Positions 20,842-29,966 of a DNA stretch of 64,000 nucleotides are shown here, piece after piece. Every line of letters begins with the position of its first letter. Within the stretch, counting starts at the first letter, position 1. A program made the position numbers and the translations under genes. Under the pieces are notes generated by a model that was given only the letters and a program-made list of their open reading frames with translations, ran no database searches and was not told the origin of the DNA. The DNA is from Cytophagaceae bacterium (GTDB taxonomy: Bacteria; Bacteroidota; Bacteroidia; Cytophagales; Cytophagaceae): assembly GCA_025454925.1 (NCBI GenBank), contig JALONM010000008.1, positions 12,819 through 76,818 on the forward strand. The letters run 5' to 3'.

Positions 20842-22209
20842 ATGGCCTATACACTTACCTGCTGGGGAGGCGCTGGAACCGTAACAGGCTCCAAGAGCTT
20901 ACTGGAACTCGGCGACCGGAAAATACTAGTAGATTGCGGGTTGTTTCAGGGATTGAAAGAACTCCGGATTATGAACTGGGAAAATTTCCCGGTGGATCCA
21001 CGGTTGATTGATATGGTATTGATCACACATGCCCACCTGGACCATGTAGGAGCCTTGCCCTTATTAGTAAAAAATGGCTTTGATGGTAAAATACTGGCTA
21101 CCGCCCCTACCATTGAACTGGCACGGATTATTTTATACGACAGTGCTCGCCTGCAGGAAGAAGAAGCGCGCAGCGCCAACGACATGGGCTATTCCAGGCA
21201 TAGTCCGGCGAAAGCCTTATACGATATGGAGGACGTTACCGCTTGCCTGCGCCTCTTCGAAGCCATAGAATGTCAGGAAGAACAAGAGATTTTTTCCGGC
21301 ATCCGGGTGCGTTACCTGAACAGCGGCCACATTTTGGGTTCTGCCATGATTGAGGTTTATTACCAAGGGGAAAAAATTTTATTCTCGGGAGATATTGGCC
21401 GAAGCAAACCACTGATTCTCCATCCACCGGAACAAGTGTTGGACGCCGATGTACTCATCCTGGAATCCACCTATGGAGACAGGCTGCATCCCGAAAGGCC
21501 CGCAGAGCTACAGCTTTCAGAAACCATCAACGACACGCTGCATCGCAATGGCAATATCATCATACCCAGTTTTTCAATTGAACGTGCACAGGAAATTATT
21601 TTTTTACTGAACCGTTTGAAGCAAAAAAATATGATTCCGGATGTTCCGGTATTTTTAGACAGTCCGATGGCCATCGACGCTTCAGAAATTATGCTGCGTT
21701 ATCCGCAATGGCATACCCTGGGTTTTAAACATTGTTTGGATATGTTTGAAAACGTGACCATGATTCGCGACATCCGCAGTACCTTCCAAAACATTCACAG
21801 TGGATCTCGAAAAATAATAATTGCCGGCAGCGGCATGATTACCGGTGGGCGTGTACTGGAATACCTCAAAGCCTGTATCGGCCACGCACAGCATACCGTG
21901 TTGCTGGTAGGGTACCAGGCAGAAGGAACAAGAGGCAGGGCCCTGGCCAAAGGAGAAAAATCCATCAAAATACATGGCTCGTATTACCCTGTTGCCGCAG
22001 AAATAAAAGAGATCAGCGGACTCTCGGGCCATGCCGACCAACAGGAACTAGTGCAGTGGCTGAAGCAGTTTGTTCGTTTGCCCAAACGTATATTTCTCAA
22101 CCACGGCGAAAGCAAAAGCAGCGAAGCGCTGCAACAATTGATTCAGTCGCAATTCAATACCAATTGCACCGTTGCTTTAATGAACTATCCATACGCTCTA
22201 CGCTCATGA
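20842..22209 (+). CDS. MBL-fold metallo-hydrolase with beta-CASP / RNA-specificity domain
   Basis: 455 aa with the HAHLDH motif, a later SGH…, and the GHAD motif near the C-terminus, as in RNase J/CPSF-like proteins. Confidence 0.88.
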   Translation: MAYTLTCWGGAGTVTGSKSLLELGDRKILVDCGLFQGLKELRIMNWENFPVDPRLIDMVLITHAHLDHVGALPLLVKNGFDGKILATAPTIELARIILYDSARLQEEEARSANDMGYSRHSPAKALYDMEDVTACLRLFEAIECQEEQEIFSGIRVRYLNSGHILGSAMIEVYYQGEKILFSGDIGRSKPLILHPPEQVLDADVLILESTYGDRLHPERPAELQLSETINDTLHRNGNIIIPSFSIERAQEIIFLLNRLKQKNMIPDVPVFLDSPMAIDASEIMLRYPQWHTLGFKHCLDMFENVTMIRDIRSTFQNIHSGSRKIIIAGSGMITGGRVLEYLKACIGHAQHTVLLVGYQAEGTRGRALAKGEKSIKIHGSYYPVAAEIKEISGLSGHADQQELVQWLKQFVRLPKRIFLNHGESKSSEALQQLIQSQFNTNCTVALMNYPYALRS

Positions 22210-23240
22210 AAAAATTTGCCCTACTGATTTGTCTTTCTTCCATGACTTGGGCTCAATCCATCGTGCAAGGAAACTGGACAGGTGTATTACACCAAAAAGC
22301 ATCTTCTGTAACGCCTTTCACCGAATACAAATTCTCCATGAAAATTACGGAAAACAATGGGTTGGTGAGCGGCACTTCCACCATTATGGTAGGCCCCAAT
22401 TTTGGAGTGCTCGAATTTACCGGGACATTCAAAAACAATAAGTTGAATTTTCAGGAAACTAAAATCGTTCGGGAAGGCAAAGAAACAGGAGGCTTTGACT
22501 GGTGCTACAAAGGCGGAGTGGTTAGTTTGAAAAAAATCGGCGACGATCTCATTCTCGAAGGAGCCTGGGAAGGTTATACGCTCTGGGGCGCCACCAAAAA
22601 TCCGTGTATGCCGGGCACTTTCCGCATTGTTAAAGAAGTAGGCTTCATCTCTCTGAAAGGATTTACAGTAAACGAAGCAAAAAAACCGCTTGGTTCCGAA
22701 ATTCAGATCAAAGCCATGGCCAGCGGCAAGCAGCACGCCTTTATCCAATGCAAAAGCGGAGAATTTGATGTGAAACTACCTGGTAAAGAAGTATACGAGT
22801 TAACCGTTACGGCACCCGGATACATTACGAACTACGAGCGGGTGGAATTATTAGAATCAAAAATCGTAAACATAGTATTGAAGCCGATTGTCATTGGCGA
22901 AAAGGTGCCCTTGCAACACATACTATTTAAACGCGCTACCGATACGCTTACCAGCGAATCCATGCCGGAGTTAGAACGCTTGGTAAGATTCCTGAACGAT
23001 AATCCGACAGTAAAAATTGAACTTCAAGGCCATACCAGCAATGAGGGTAACCCAGCCGACAATCTCAAACTCTCGGAACAGCGAGTGCTACGGATTAAAG
23101 AATACTTAATTTCGAAAGGTATAAAAGGCACCCGGCTTAACACCAAGGCGTTTGGAGGCAGCAGACCCATGGTAAAAAACGACACCGAAGAACACCGCAT
23201 GCAAAACCGGAGAGTGGAATACCTGATTTTGGAAAAATAA
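22206..23240 (+). CDS. OmpA-family protein with N-terminal uncharacterised and carboxypeptidase-regulatory-like domains
   Basis: The start at 22206 (MKKFALLICLSSMTWAQ) overlaps the upstream stop as ATGA. The C-terminus has OmpA motifs (…LQGHTSNEG…N..LS..R…NRRVE). Confidence 0.85.
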   Translation: MKKFALLICLSSMTWAQSIVQGNWTGVLHQKASSVTPFTEYKFSMKITENNGLVSGTSTIMVGPNFGVLEFTGTFKNNKLNFQETKIVREGKETGGFDWCYKGGVVSLKKIGDDLILEGAWEGYTLWGATKNPCMPGTFRIVKEVGFISLKGFTVNEAKKPLGSEIQIKAMASGKQHAFIQCKSGEFDVKLPGKEVYELTVTAPGYITNYERVELLESKIVNIVLKPIVIGEKVPLQHILFKRATDTLTSESMPELERLVRFLNDNPTVKIELQGHTSNEGNPADNLKLSEQRVLRIKEYLISKGIKGTRLNTKAFGGSRPMVKNDTEEHRMQNRRVEYLILEK

Positions 23241-23340
23241 TTTTACCCCAAAATCCAGGTTATTGATGACCGCTGGTGATGCAGCTAAATTTCCTAGCAC
23301 TTGGTAGCCTTCATTGAGTATTCAATCGTAAGACTTTATT

Positions 23341-23471
23341 TTGGGCGTGTCCCTTCGTGGTGGCGCCTTAGGCGCCACGCTACTCGGGCCGGGCTATCGC
23401 TGCACCCCCTTGGCGGTGGTGGCGCTTGTAGCGCCACCACCGCCAGGCTTTACGCTCTATCCCTCACGCAA
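23341..23471 (+). repeat. family A repeat, copy 3
   Basis: Full-length copy. The second hairpin has a perfect 14-bp stem, 23412-23425 paired with 23431-23444. Confidence 0.85.
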
Positions 23472-23511
23472 AACCAGCCATGCTATGCCGTTAAATGGAA
23501 TTTCTTCTTTC

Positions 23512-23700
23512 AACCGGCGTTTCTCCATAGAAGCGAAGCGCATTATGGAGAAAGCTCATGAATCGAAGATCCATGGCCGGTAATCCCGACTTAGAAAATC
23601 AGGGGCTTAGAAAATCATTTCTATTATTCGATTCCTTCTGAAGCCCTTGATTTTAGTAGTCGTTTTTCAATAGAAGAATTTCTATTGAAAAAGTAGGGTT
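23512..23700 (+). repeat. AT-rich multi-hairpin repeat, family C, copy a
   Basis: Modules are AACCGGC, hairpin CTCCATAG…TTATGGAG, hairpin CATGAATC…GATCCATG, a long stem 23595-23654 and a terminal hairpin TTTTTCAATAGAA…TTCTATTGAAAAA. It is contiguous with A copy 3. Confidence 0.8.
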
Positions 23701-24144
23701 TAAGCATAACCAAAGCTTTCCCCAAGCTACTTGCCTGGAAGTAGGCCATTTTCAAACGCATGCTGACCCGATAGAAATCGTTCTATCGTGACCTTACCAT
23801 AGGCATGGCCCTCATACCTCCGGATTTGTGCCGACTCACAAGCATGAATTTAGCTAGACTGACATGCTAATTTTTTCATTTCCTTTGTTTTCAAGGATTT
23901 GTAAAAATCGCTTTTGAAAAGAGCCTCTTGCCGGGCGGCGCACAAACAAAGGATATTGTTCCGTAACAATACTAAAAATACCCATCCAGAATCGATTTTT
24001 TGAGCCTTTTACAGGTTTGGTATTCCGTAATTTTTAATTCCGAAAAACTTTCATCCAAAGTACTTAAATCCATAAAAAACTTAACATTTTTATAAAATGA
24101 AGGTCAAAGGCATTACCATTATTTCATAACCTAATAAAAACACC

Positions 24145-27100
24145 ATGACCACCATTTTACTATCAATGTATCGAAGTTGGCGACTGGCACTGTTGTATAC
24201 GTGCTTGATAGCAACCGGACAAGCACTGGACGTAAGTGTATTGTCGTTTAACGTACGGGTTCCGGTAGATCCGGCTCCTAATGATTGGAATTCCCGCAGA
24301 CCTCGTGTGCTGGGGATTATTAACGCTCAACAACCGGATTTTTTCGGTGTGCAGGAAGCGGTGCCCTATGTGGTAAGTGAAATCGATGGAGCGCTTACGG
24401 CTTATAACAGCATTGGCCGCGGACGCGATGCTAATGGCGGGGGCGAAGGATCACAGATATTTTATCGCAACGACCGCTGGAATGTGGACTGGAATAATCA
24501 AGGCACATTTCAGCTTTCTCCCACGCCGGAAGTACCTGGCTCCAACGGATGGGGCTTTCAATGGGTGCGCATTTGTACCTGGGCCCGCATGATCAATAAA
24601 ACTACGGGGCAGGCGGTATATGTATACAATACCCACTTCCCGCTGGCACCCAACGAACGCAATTTATGTGCTACCCTGGTAGCCAGCCGCATTGCCTCAA
24701 GAGCTTTCAAAAATGAACCTGTGATTTTAACAGGAGATTTTAATGCCTGCGAAGGGGAAGCCTCGATGAACTATTTCCTCGGACAGGGTGGATCACCCAT
24801 CACCATGAAAGATTCTTACCGCGTATTGTTTCCTTCGGCCCTGGCCGGAACTTTCCATGGCTTTGGCGGAAATGCCGGTGCTTGCAAAATCGATTACGTC
24901 TATACCATGGGCGAAAGCAGTGTGTTGGAAGCATCCATCATTCGCGACCAATTATTGGGTGGTTATCCTTCCGACCACTTCGTAGTGCGTGGGAAAATGC
25001 GCTTTTATGCCGGCAACTCAATAGACTGCACACAGCGCAGCCCCTACAGCGGCACAGGCACCAGCTTACCAGGATTACTGGAAGCAGAAAATTATGACAA
25101 GGGGTGCAACAACGTAACGTATTTCGATAAAAGTGCTGGCAACAATGGCACTGCTTTCCGAAGCGACGATGTAGACCTGGAAACATGTGCAGAAGGCGGA
25201 TTTAATGTTGGCTGGACGGAAGACGGGGAATGGCTGGAGTATACCGTGAACATTCCTACCGGAACATTTAAGGTTGACTTCCGCGTAGCCAGTGCCAATA
25301 CTGGCGGTGGAGCTTTGCACTTAGAAATGAACGGAGCTGCTCTGGGGAATCCGGTAACGTTTGCGGGTACTACCGGATGGCAGACCTGGCAAACCGTTAG
25401 CACAGGCAATATCCAAATCAGTGGTGGCACCAAACGCCTGAGACTTGTAATTGACAAAGGCGGTTTCAACTTAAACTCCATAACCTTCCGCCAAATCGTT
25501 GTGCGTGAACCCTTCAGCGGAACTCCGGTAGCGCTTCCTGGAAAAATCGAAGCGGAGCACTACGACAAAGGTGCACAAGGCAATGGCTTTTTTGATTTGA
25601 CTGCCAGCAACCAAGGTGGCGCATTCCGCAACGACGCTGTCGATGTGGAGGCATGCCTGGAAGGTGGCTTCAACGTAGGCTGGACTGAAAACACCGAGTG
25701 GATGGAATACGCGGTAAGCCTGGCCCCAGGAAAATACAAAGCGGTGTTGCGCACGGCTTCGGCAAATACCGGCAGTGGCAAAGCACACATCAAACTCAAC
25801 GGTGTAAACGCAACGGGTAGCATTACCCTCGCTCCCACCGGTGGCTGGCAAACCTGGAATTCTACGACCAGTGCAGAATTCACGCTGAGCAGTGCCGCCA
25901 ACATGCTTCAACTGTATGTAGAAACCGGAGGCTTTAACCTCAACTTTATCGAAATCGTAAAAATTCCAGACGTGGTGCGCACCCCTTACAACAACGAACG
26001 CATCGCATTGCCCGGAACCTTGGAGGTTGAACATTTTGATGTTGGCGAAGCCGGAGTTGTCTATCAGGATGGAAGCGCCGGAAACACCGGAAGTGTTTTC
26101 CGCAGTACGGATGTAGACCTGGAAAATTGTTCCGAAGGTGGTTACAACCTGGGCTGGACCAGCAATGGGGAGTGGCTCGAATACAGTGTGCAGGTAGCGC
26201 GCACAGGCACCTATGGCGCAGCGTTCCGTGTGGCAGGTCAAAACCCTGGCGCTCTCCACCTCGAACTCGATGGAGCTCCACTCGGCAACAGCCTTAGTAT
26301 TCCGGCCTCCGGTGGCTGGCAACAGTGGATTACCGTAGCCCTCAACAATCTGCCACTGAGCGCCGGTAACCACATACTGCGCATCAGCATTGATCAAGGT
26401 GGATTTAATGTAAATAATGTGCGATTCGAAGAAGGAAACATTTTCTCCTTCCTTCGTCGCTCGGGCAAAAATATTGTAAACGACCAAGGGAATTACTTAC
26501 TCAAATCCATGAACCTTGGAAATTGGATGGTACAGGAAGGTTACATGTTCAACATGACTGGAGAAAATAATGTTTCCTATCAGTATCAATTCAAGAAAAA
26601 TATCGAAGACCTTGTTGGGGTAGCCAGAAGAGAACAATTCTATCAGGAATATTTAGATCGCTATTACACCAAACAAGACATTGATAGCCTGGCACGCTGG
26701 GGTTTCAACTCGGTGCGTATTCCTATGCACTACAACCAATTGGTTTCGCTCAGCGATCCGGATGTGTTTTATGAAGAAGGATTTGCCCGTGTCGATCAGG
26801 TGATTGCCTGGTGCAAAGCCAACAACATGTACGCCATCCTCGATCTGCATGCAGCACCTGGTGGGCAGAACAGAGGCGATATCAGCGATTACATTGAAAC
26901 GCAGCCTTCTTTATGGGAAAGCGAAGCCAATCGCAACAAAACCATCCGACTTTGGAGAAAACTTGCGGAGCGCTATTCTTCCGAGCCTGCCGTAGGAGGT
27001 TACGATCTCATCAACGAAACGATGTGGCCCATCGAAGGCAATCAATTGCTAGTGCAATTAATGAAAGATTTAACTACTACCATTCGCCAGGTCGACAAGC

Positions 27101-28356
27101 AACATTTGTTGTTCATTGAGGGCAATGGGTATGCCAACGACTTTACCAACCTTACTCCACCCTGGGATGCCAACATGGCGTATAGCTTCCATAAATACTG
27201 GAGCAACAACGATCTGTCGAGTCTGAATTTTGTTTTCGCTATTCGCGATGCCCATCAGGTTCCGATATGGCTGGGTGAATTCGGAGAAAATTCCAACCAA
27301 TGGATTTACGATGCCACCCGCCTGATGGAGCAGAACAACATCGGTTGGGCCATTTGGCCGATGAAAAAAATGCAGAGTGTTTCAGGAGCTACTTCTTTCC
27401 GCGAACCTACACATTGGAGCAAACTCGTAGAATACTGGAAAGGAAAAGGCCCCAAGCCAAGTGCCCTGGAAGCAGAAACCGCGCTGAGCGAACTCACCGA
27501 AAACATTCGAATGAATAATTGTACCATCAATTACGGTTACCTGAAAGCCCTGTTCGATGCGAGCGGCAGCACCAAACCGTACGCCATACAAGCAGTACCG
27601 GGTACTATTGTGGCCGCACATTACGACGAAGGGCTGCTGGGTCAGGCGTACAAAGATGCTACCTACCAAACCCTTCACGTTTCTTCAGGTTCGTATACAT
27701 CCTGGAACAATGGCTGGGCGCTGCGCAACGATGGTGTAGACTTGCAATACAACACCAACGAAGCTGCGCCGGTAATGGCCTGGCTGGAAACTGGAGATTT
27801 TACTAATTACACTGTACAGGTAGCGAGTGCTGGTACCTATCAGGTGCGTGCCCGCGTATCTGGCTTTGGTGGCGGTAAAATGTCACTGCAACTAGGAAGC
27901 ACCCTATTGTTAAATGCCAACATTCCATCCAGCGGATCCTGGGATGTTTTCGAAACATTTTCGATCGGCACCGTTCAGCTTCCCGCCGGACAGCAACGCA
28001 TTACCTTATCGGTAGTGGCCGCCGGCTTCAACCTGAATTACCTGGAGTTGGTGCCTCTTACCAACACTGCCTCTGCCGACCGTTTGCCTGTGGCTACACA
28101 AACAGAAATGTATCCCAATCCTGTTATGGAAAACACGGCAGCCATAGCGCTCCATACCAAAGCGCTTGGCGGAGAGGAAATGGTACAAGTAGAAGTGGTC
28201 AATTCCATGGGACTGGTTGTGCTCAAGAAAACGATGAGCTTGGAGAATGGTAATTTTAATACCCTTCTCAACCTCGAATCGCAAGCCTCTGGTCGCTATT
28301 TGGTGCATCTCAAATCCGATCAACGTTCCGAGTCTGTAGTGTTGATCAAACCATAA
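24145..28356 (+). CDS. secreted multidomain protein: EEP domain + 3 x CBM6-like + GH5 catalytic domain + CBM6-like + T9SS C-terminal sorting domain
   Basis: 1403 aa. It has EEP motifs (LSFNVR, GVQEA, SDHFVV). There are four modules with the LPG.(I/L)EAE(H/N)(Y/F)D … GG(F/Y)N(V/L)GWT…EW(L/M)EY pattern. GH5 motifs are YDLINETM (acid/base NE) and WLGEFGEN (nucleophile). The C-terminal ~85 aa is a beta-rich CTD. Confidence 0.88.
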   Translation: MTTILLSMYRSWRLALLYTCLIATGQALDVSVLSFNVRVPVDPAPNDWNSRRPRVLGIINAQQPDFFGVQEAVPYVVSEIDGALTAYNSIGRGRDANGGGEGSQIFYRNDRWNVDWNNQGTFQLSPTPEVPGSNGWGFQWVRICTWARMINKTTGQAVYVYNTHFPLAPNERNLCATLVASRIASRAFKNEPVILTGDFNACEGEASMNYFLGQGGSPITMKDSYRVLFPSALAGTFHGFGGNAGACKIDYVYTMGESSVLEASIIRDQLLGGYPSDHFVVRGKMRFYAGNSIDCTQRSPYSGTGTSLPGLLEAENYDKGCNNVTYFDKSAGNNGTAFRSDDVDLETCAEGGFNVGWTEDGEWLEYTVNIPTGTFKVDFRVASANTGGGALHLEMNGAALGNPVTFAGTTGWQTWQTVSTGNIQISGGTKRLRLVIDKGGFNLNSITFRQIVVREPFSGTPVALPGKIEAEHYDKGAQGNGFFDLTASNQGGAFRNDAVDVEACLEGGFNVGWTENTEWMEYAVSLAPGKYKAVLRTASANTGSGKAHIKLNGVNATGSITLAPTGGWQTWNSTTSAEFTLSSAANMLQLYVETGGFNLNFIEIVKIPDVVRTPYNNERIALPGTLEVEHFDVGEAGVVYQDGSAGNTGSVFRSTDVDLENCSEGGYNLGWTSNGEWLEYSVQVARTGTYGAAFRVAGQNPGALHLELDGAPLGNSLSIPASGGWQQWITVALNNLPLSAGNHILRISIDQGGFNVNNVRFEEGNIFSFLRRSGKNIVNDQGNYLLKSMNLGNWMVQEGYMFNMTGENNVSYQYQFKKNIEDLVGVARREQFYQEYLDRYYTKQDIDSLARWGFNSVRIPMHYNQLVSLSDPDVFYEEGFARVDQVIAWCKANNMYAILDLHAAPGGQNRGDISDYIETQPSLWESEANRNKTIRLWRKLAERYSSEPAVGGYDLINETMWPIEGNQLLVQLMKDLTTTIRQVDKQHLLFIEGNGYANDFTNLTPPWDANMAYSFHKYWSNNDLSSLNFVFAIRDAHQVPIWLGEFGENSNQWIYDATRLMEQNNIGWAIWPMKKMQSVSGATSFREPTHWSKLVEYWKGKGPKPSALEAETALSELTENIRMNNCTINYGYLKALFDASGSTKPYAIQAVPGTIVAAHYDEGLLGQAYKDATYQTLHVSSGSYTSWNNGWALRNDGVDLQYNTNEAAPVMAWLETGDFTNYTVQVASAGTYQVRARVSGFGGGKMSLQLGSTLLLNANIPSSGSWDVFETFSIGTVQLPAGQQRITLSVVAAGFNLNYLELVPLTNTASADRLPVATQTEMYPNPVMENTAAIALHTKALGGEEMVQVEVVNSMGLVVLKKTMSLENGNFNTLLNLESQASGRYLVHLKSDQRSESVVLIKP

Positions 28357-28384
28357 ACCCAAACACAACGTTTATCTGTTTTCT

Positions 28385-28412
28385 AAAAAGTCCTGCTCCG
28401 GCAGGACTTTTT
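28385..28412 (+). terminator. intrinsic terminator after the GH5 gene
   Basis: AAAAAGTCCTGC-tccg-GCAGGACTTTTT. Confidence 0.85.
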
Positions 28413-28919
28413 AGTTTACACCGATCTTGGTTTGGTGTTGCAATCCTTATTCAAAAAAGAATTTCTATTGTGCAATTAGTATTTATACTCTAAGGTGGAG
28501 GATTTTTCTGAAACCGGATACCCTGCATAAGTTTCCCATTGGGGCGCGCAGTCACAATCGGCTCGGTCGAAGGCCTGGCAACATAGACCCCATCACGTTA
28601 TCCTCTGGTCTGATTATTACAAACATGGAAGTTGTTCTTCTTCATCCTGCCAGGTGAAGAACAAAAAACGCTGAAGTCGTTGGCGGGTAAATTATTGGCA
28701 AGCCTGCATGGTAAGTGAATGGACGGAGTTTCTTCAGCAACTTCTTTTCTGTGAAATCTGACACAACAGAAAACAGCCATGTGAACGATCGCTTAAAAGT
28801 AAACCCAAGGTTCGGGCGCAGTCAGCTACACGGCGTTGCCTTGTGATCAACCGGCGCGGTGCCAGCGGCATCAGCAAGCTACCGCCGAGGCCCTTGGATT
28901 CTTCAATAAAGTGCGCTTA

Positions 28920-29966
28920 TTACTTTTTCGTTTTTAATTTATCAGCAAAGATTTTGTGAAGTTTATCCATTTTAGGTTTGATCACCATTTTGCAATAAGG
29001 TTCCTGTTTATTCAGTTCGTAGTATTCCTGGTGATAGTTTTCAGCCTTATAGAAATTTTTAATCGGACTTACTTCTGTTACAATAGGATTGTCAAATGCT
29101 TTGTTCTTGTTTAAGGTGGCTATTACTTTTTCTACTACCCTTCGTTGTGCTTCGTTTTTATAAAATATACCTGAACGGTATTGTGTTCCTACGTCGGCCC
29201 CTTGCCGGTTTAAAGTAGTTGGGTCATGAACGGCAAAAAAAACTTCCAGCAATTCCTCTAAAGAAATCAAGGAAGTATCGTAGGTGATTTGCACCGCTTC
29301 CGCATAGCCGGTATTTCCGGTACATACTTGTTTGTACGTTGGCTTTTCTGTATTTCCATTGGCGTAACCCGATTCTACACCTGATACACCACTAAGTTCT
29401 TCGAAAACAGCTTCTATACACCAGAAGCAACCACCCGCGAGCACGATGGTCTGCAGAAGGGGTGTGCTTGTGTTTGATTTCTCAGGTTCAAAAGCCAGAG
29501 AGCCTGAATTGACGCAATAACGTTTGCCTGTTTCCGTAGGACCATCGTCAAAGATGTGTCCCAGGTGTCCTCCGCATTTGGCACAGGTAATTTCCGTTCT
29601 TCTCATTCCATAGGAATTATCTTCGGTTTGAATGATCTTCCCTCCTGCAATTTCCCTATCAAAACTTGGCCAGCCACAATGAGAATCAAACTTCATGTCG
29701 TCGGTAAACAAAGGTTCCCCGCAACCTCCGCATGTATACGTTCCCTTATCCTTGGTGAACACAAATTTTCCGCTAAATGGCTTTTCTGTTCCCTTTTCCC
29801 GCAGTATATAATATTGCTCCGGCGTGAGCTTCTCCTTCCATTGTTCTTCAGTAAGCTTCATACTATCGGATATCTGTAACGATGGTAGTTTTGGTTGACC
29901 ATTTTGAGCGCAACTGTGAAGACAACTCATGAAAACCAATGAAATTAAAAGGATACCTATTCTCAT
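28920..29966 (-). CDS. msrAB: exported bifunctional methionine sulfoxide reductase MsrB-MsrA
   Basis: 348 aa with a signal/lipoprotein-like N-terminus (MRIGILLISLVFMSC). The MsrB part has CGGC…CAKCGGHLGH…RYCVNS and the MsrA part has GGCFWC. Confidence 0.93.
   Translation of the reverse strand: MRIGILLISLVFMSCLHSCAQNGQPKLPSLQISDSMKLTEEQWKEKLTPEQYYILREKGTEKPFSGKFVFTKDKGTYTCGGCGEPLFTDDMKFDSHCGWPSFDREIAGGKIIQTEDNSYGMRRTEITCAKCGGHLGHIFDDGPTETGKRYCVNSGSLAFEPEKSNTSTPLLQTIVLAGGCFWCIEAVFEELSGVSGVESGYANGNTEKPTYKQVCTGNTGYAEAVQITYDTSLISLEELLEVFFAVHDPTTLNRQGADVGTQYRSGIFYKNEAQRRVVEKVIATLNKNKAFDNPIVTEVSPIKNFYKAENYHQEYYELNKQEPYCKMVIKPKMDKLHKIFADKLKTKK

Noticed and set aside
25471-26487. 338-aa ORF on the minus strand, together with several 80-130-aa ORFs nearby
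   Set aside because: It is entirely antisense to the well-supported CBM6/GH5 gene. It has no recognisable motifs, and long antisense frames are expected in this GC-richer, repeat-encoding stretch.
28420-28919. Tested whether the orphan structured region is RNase P RNA, tmRNA or SRP RNA
   Set aside because: There is no GGAAAGTCCGG-type P4 motif or ACAGAACCCGGCTTA-like 3' motif on either strand. There is no GGGGCTGA…TCCACCA tRNA-like end pair and no plausible …ALAA tag frame. There is no SRP domain IV motif. The region is kept only as an unclassified candidate.
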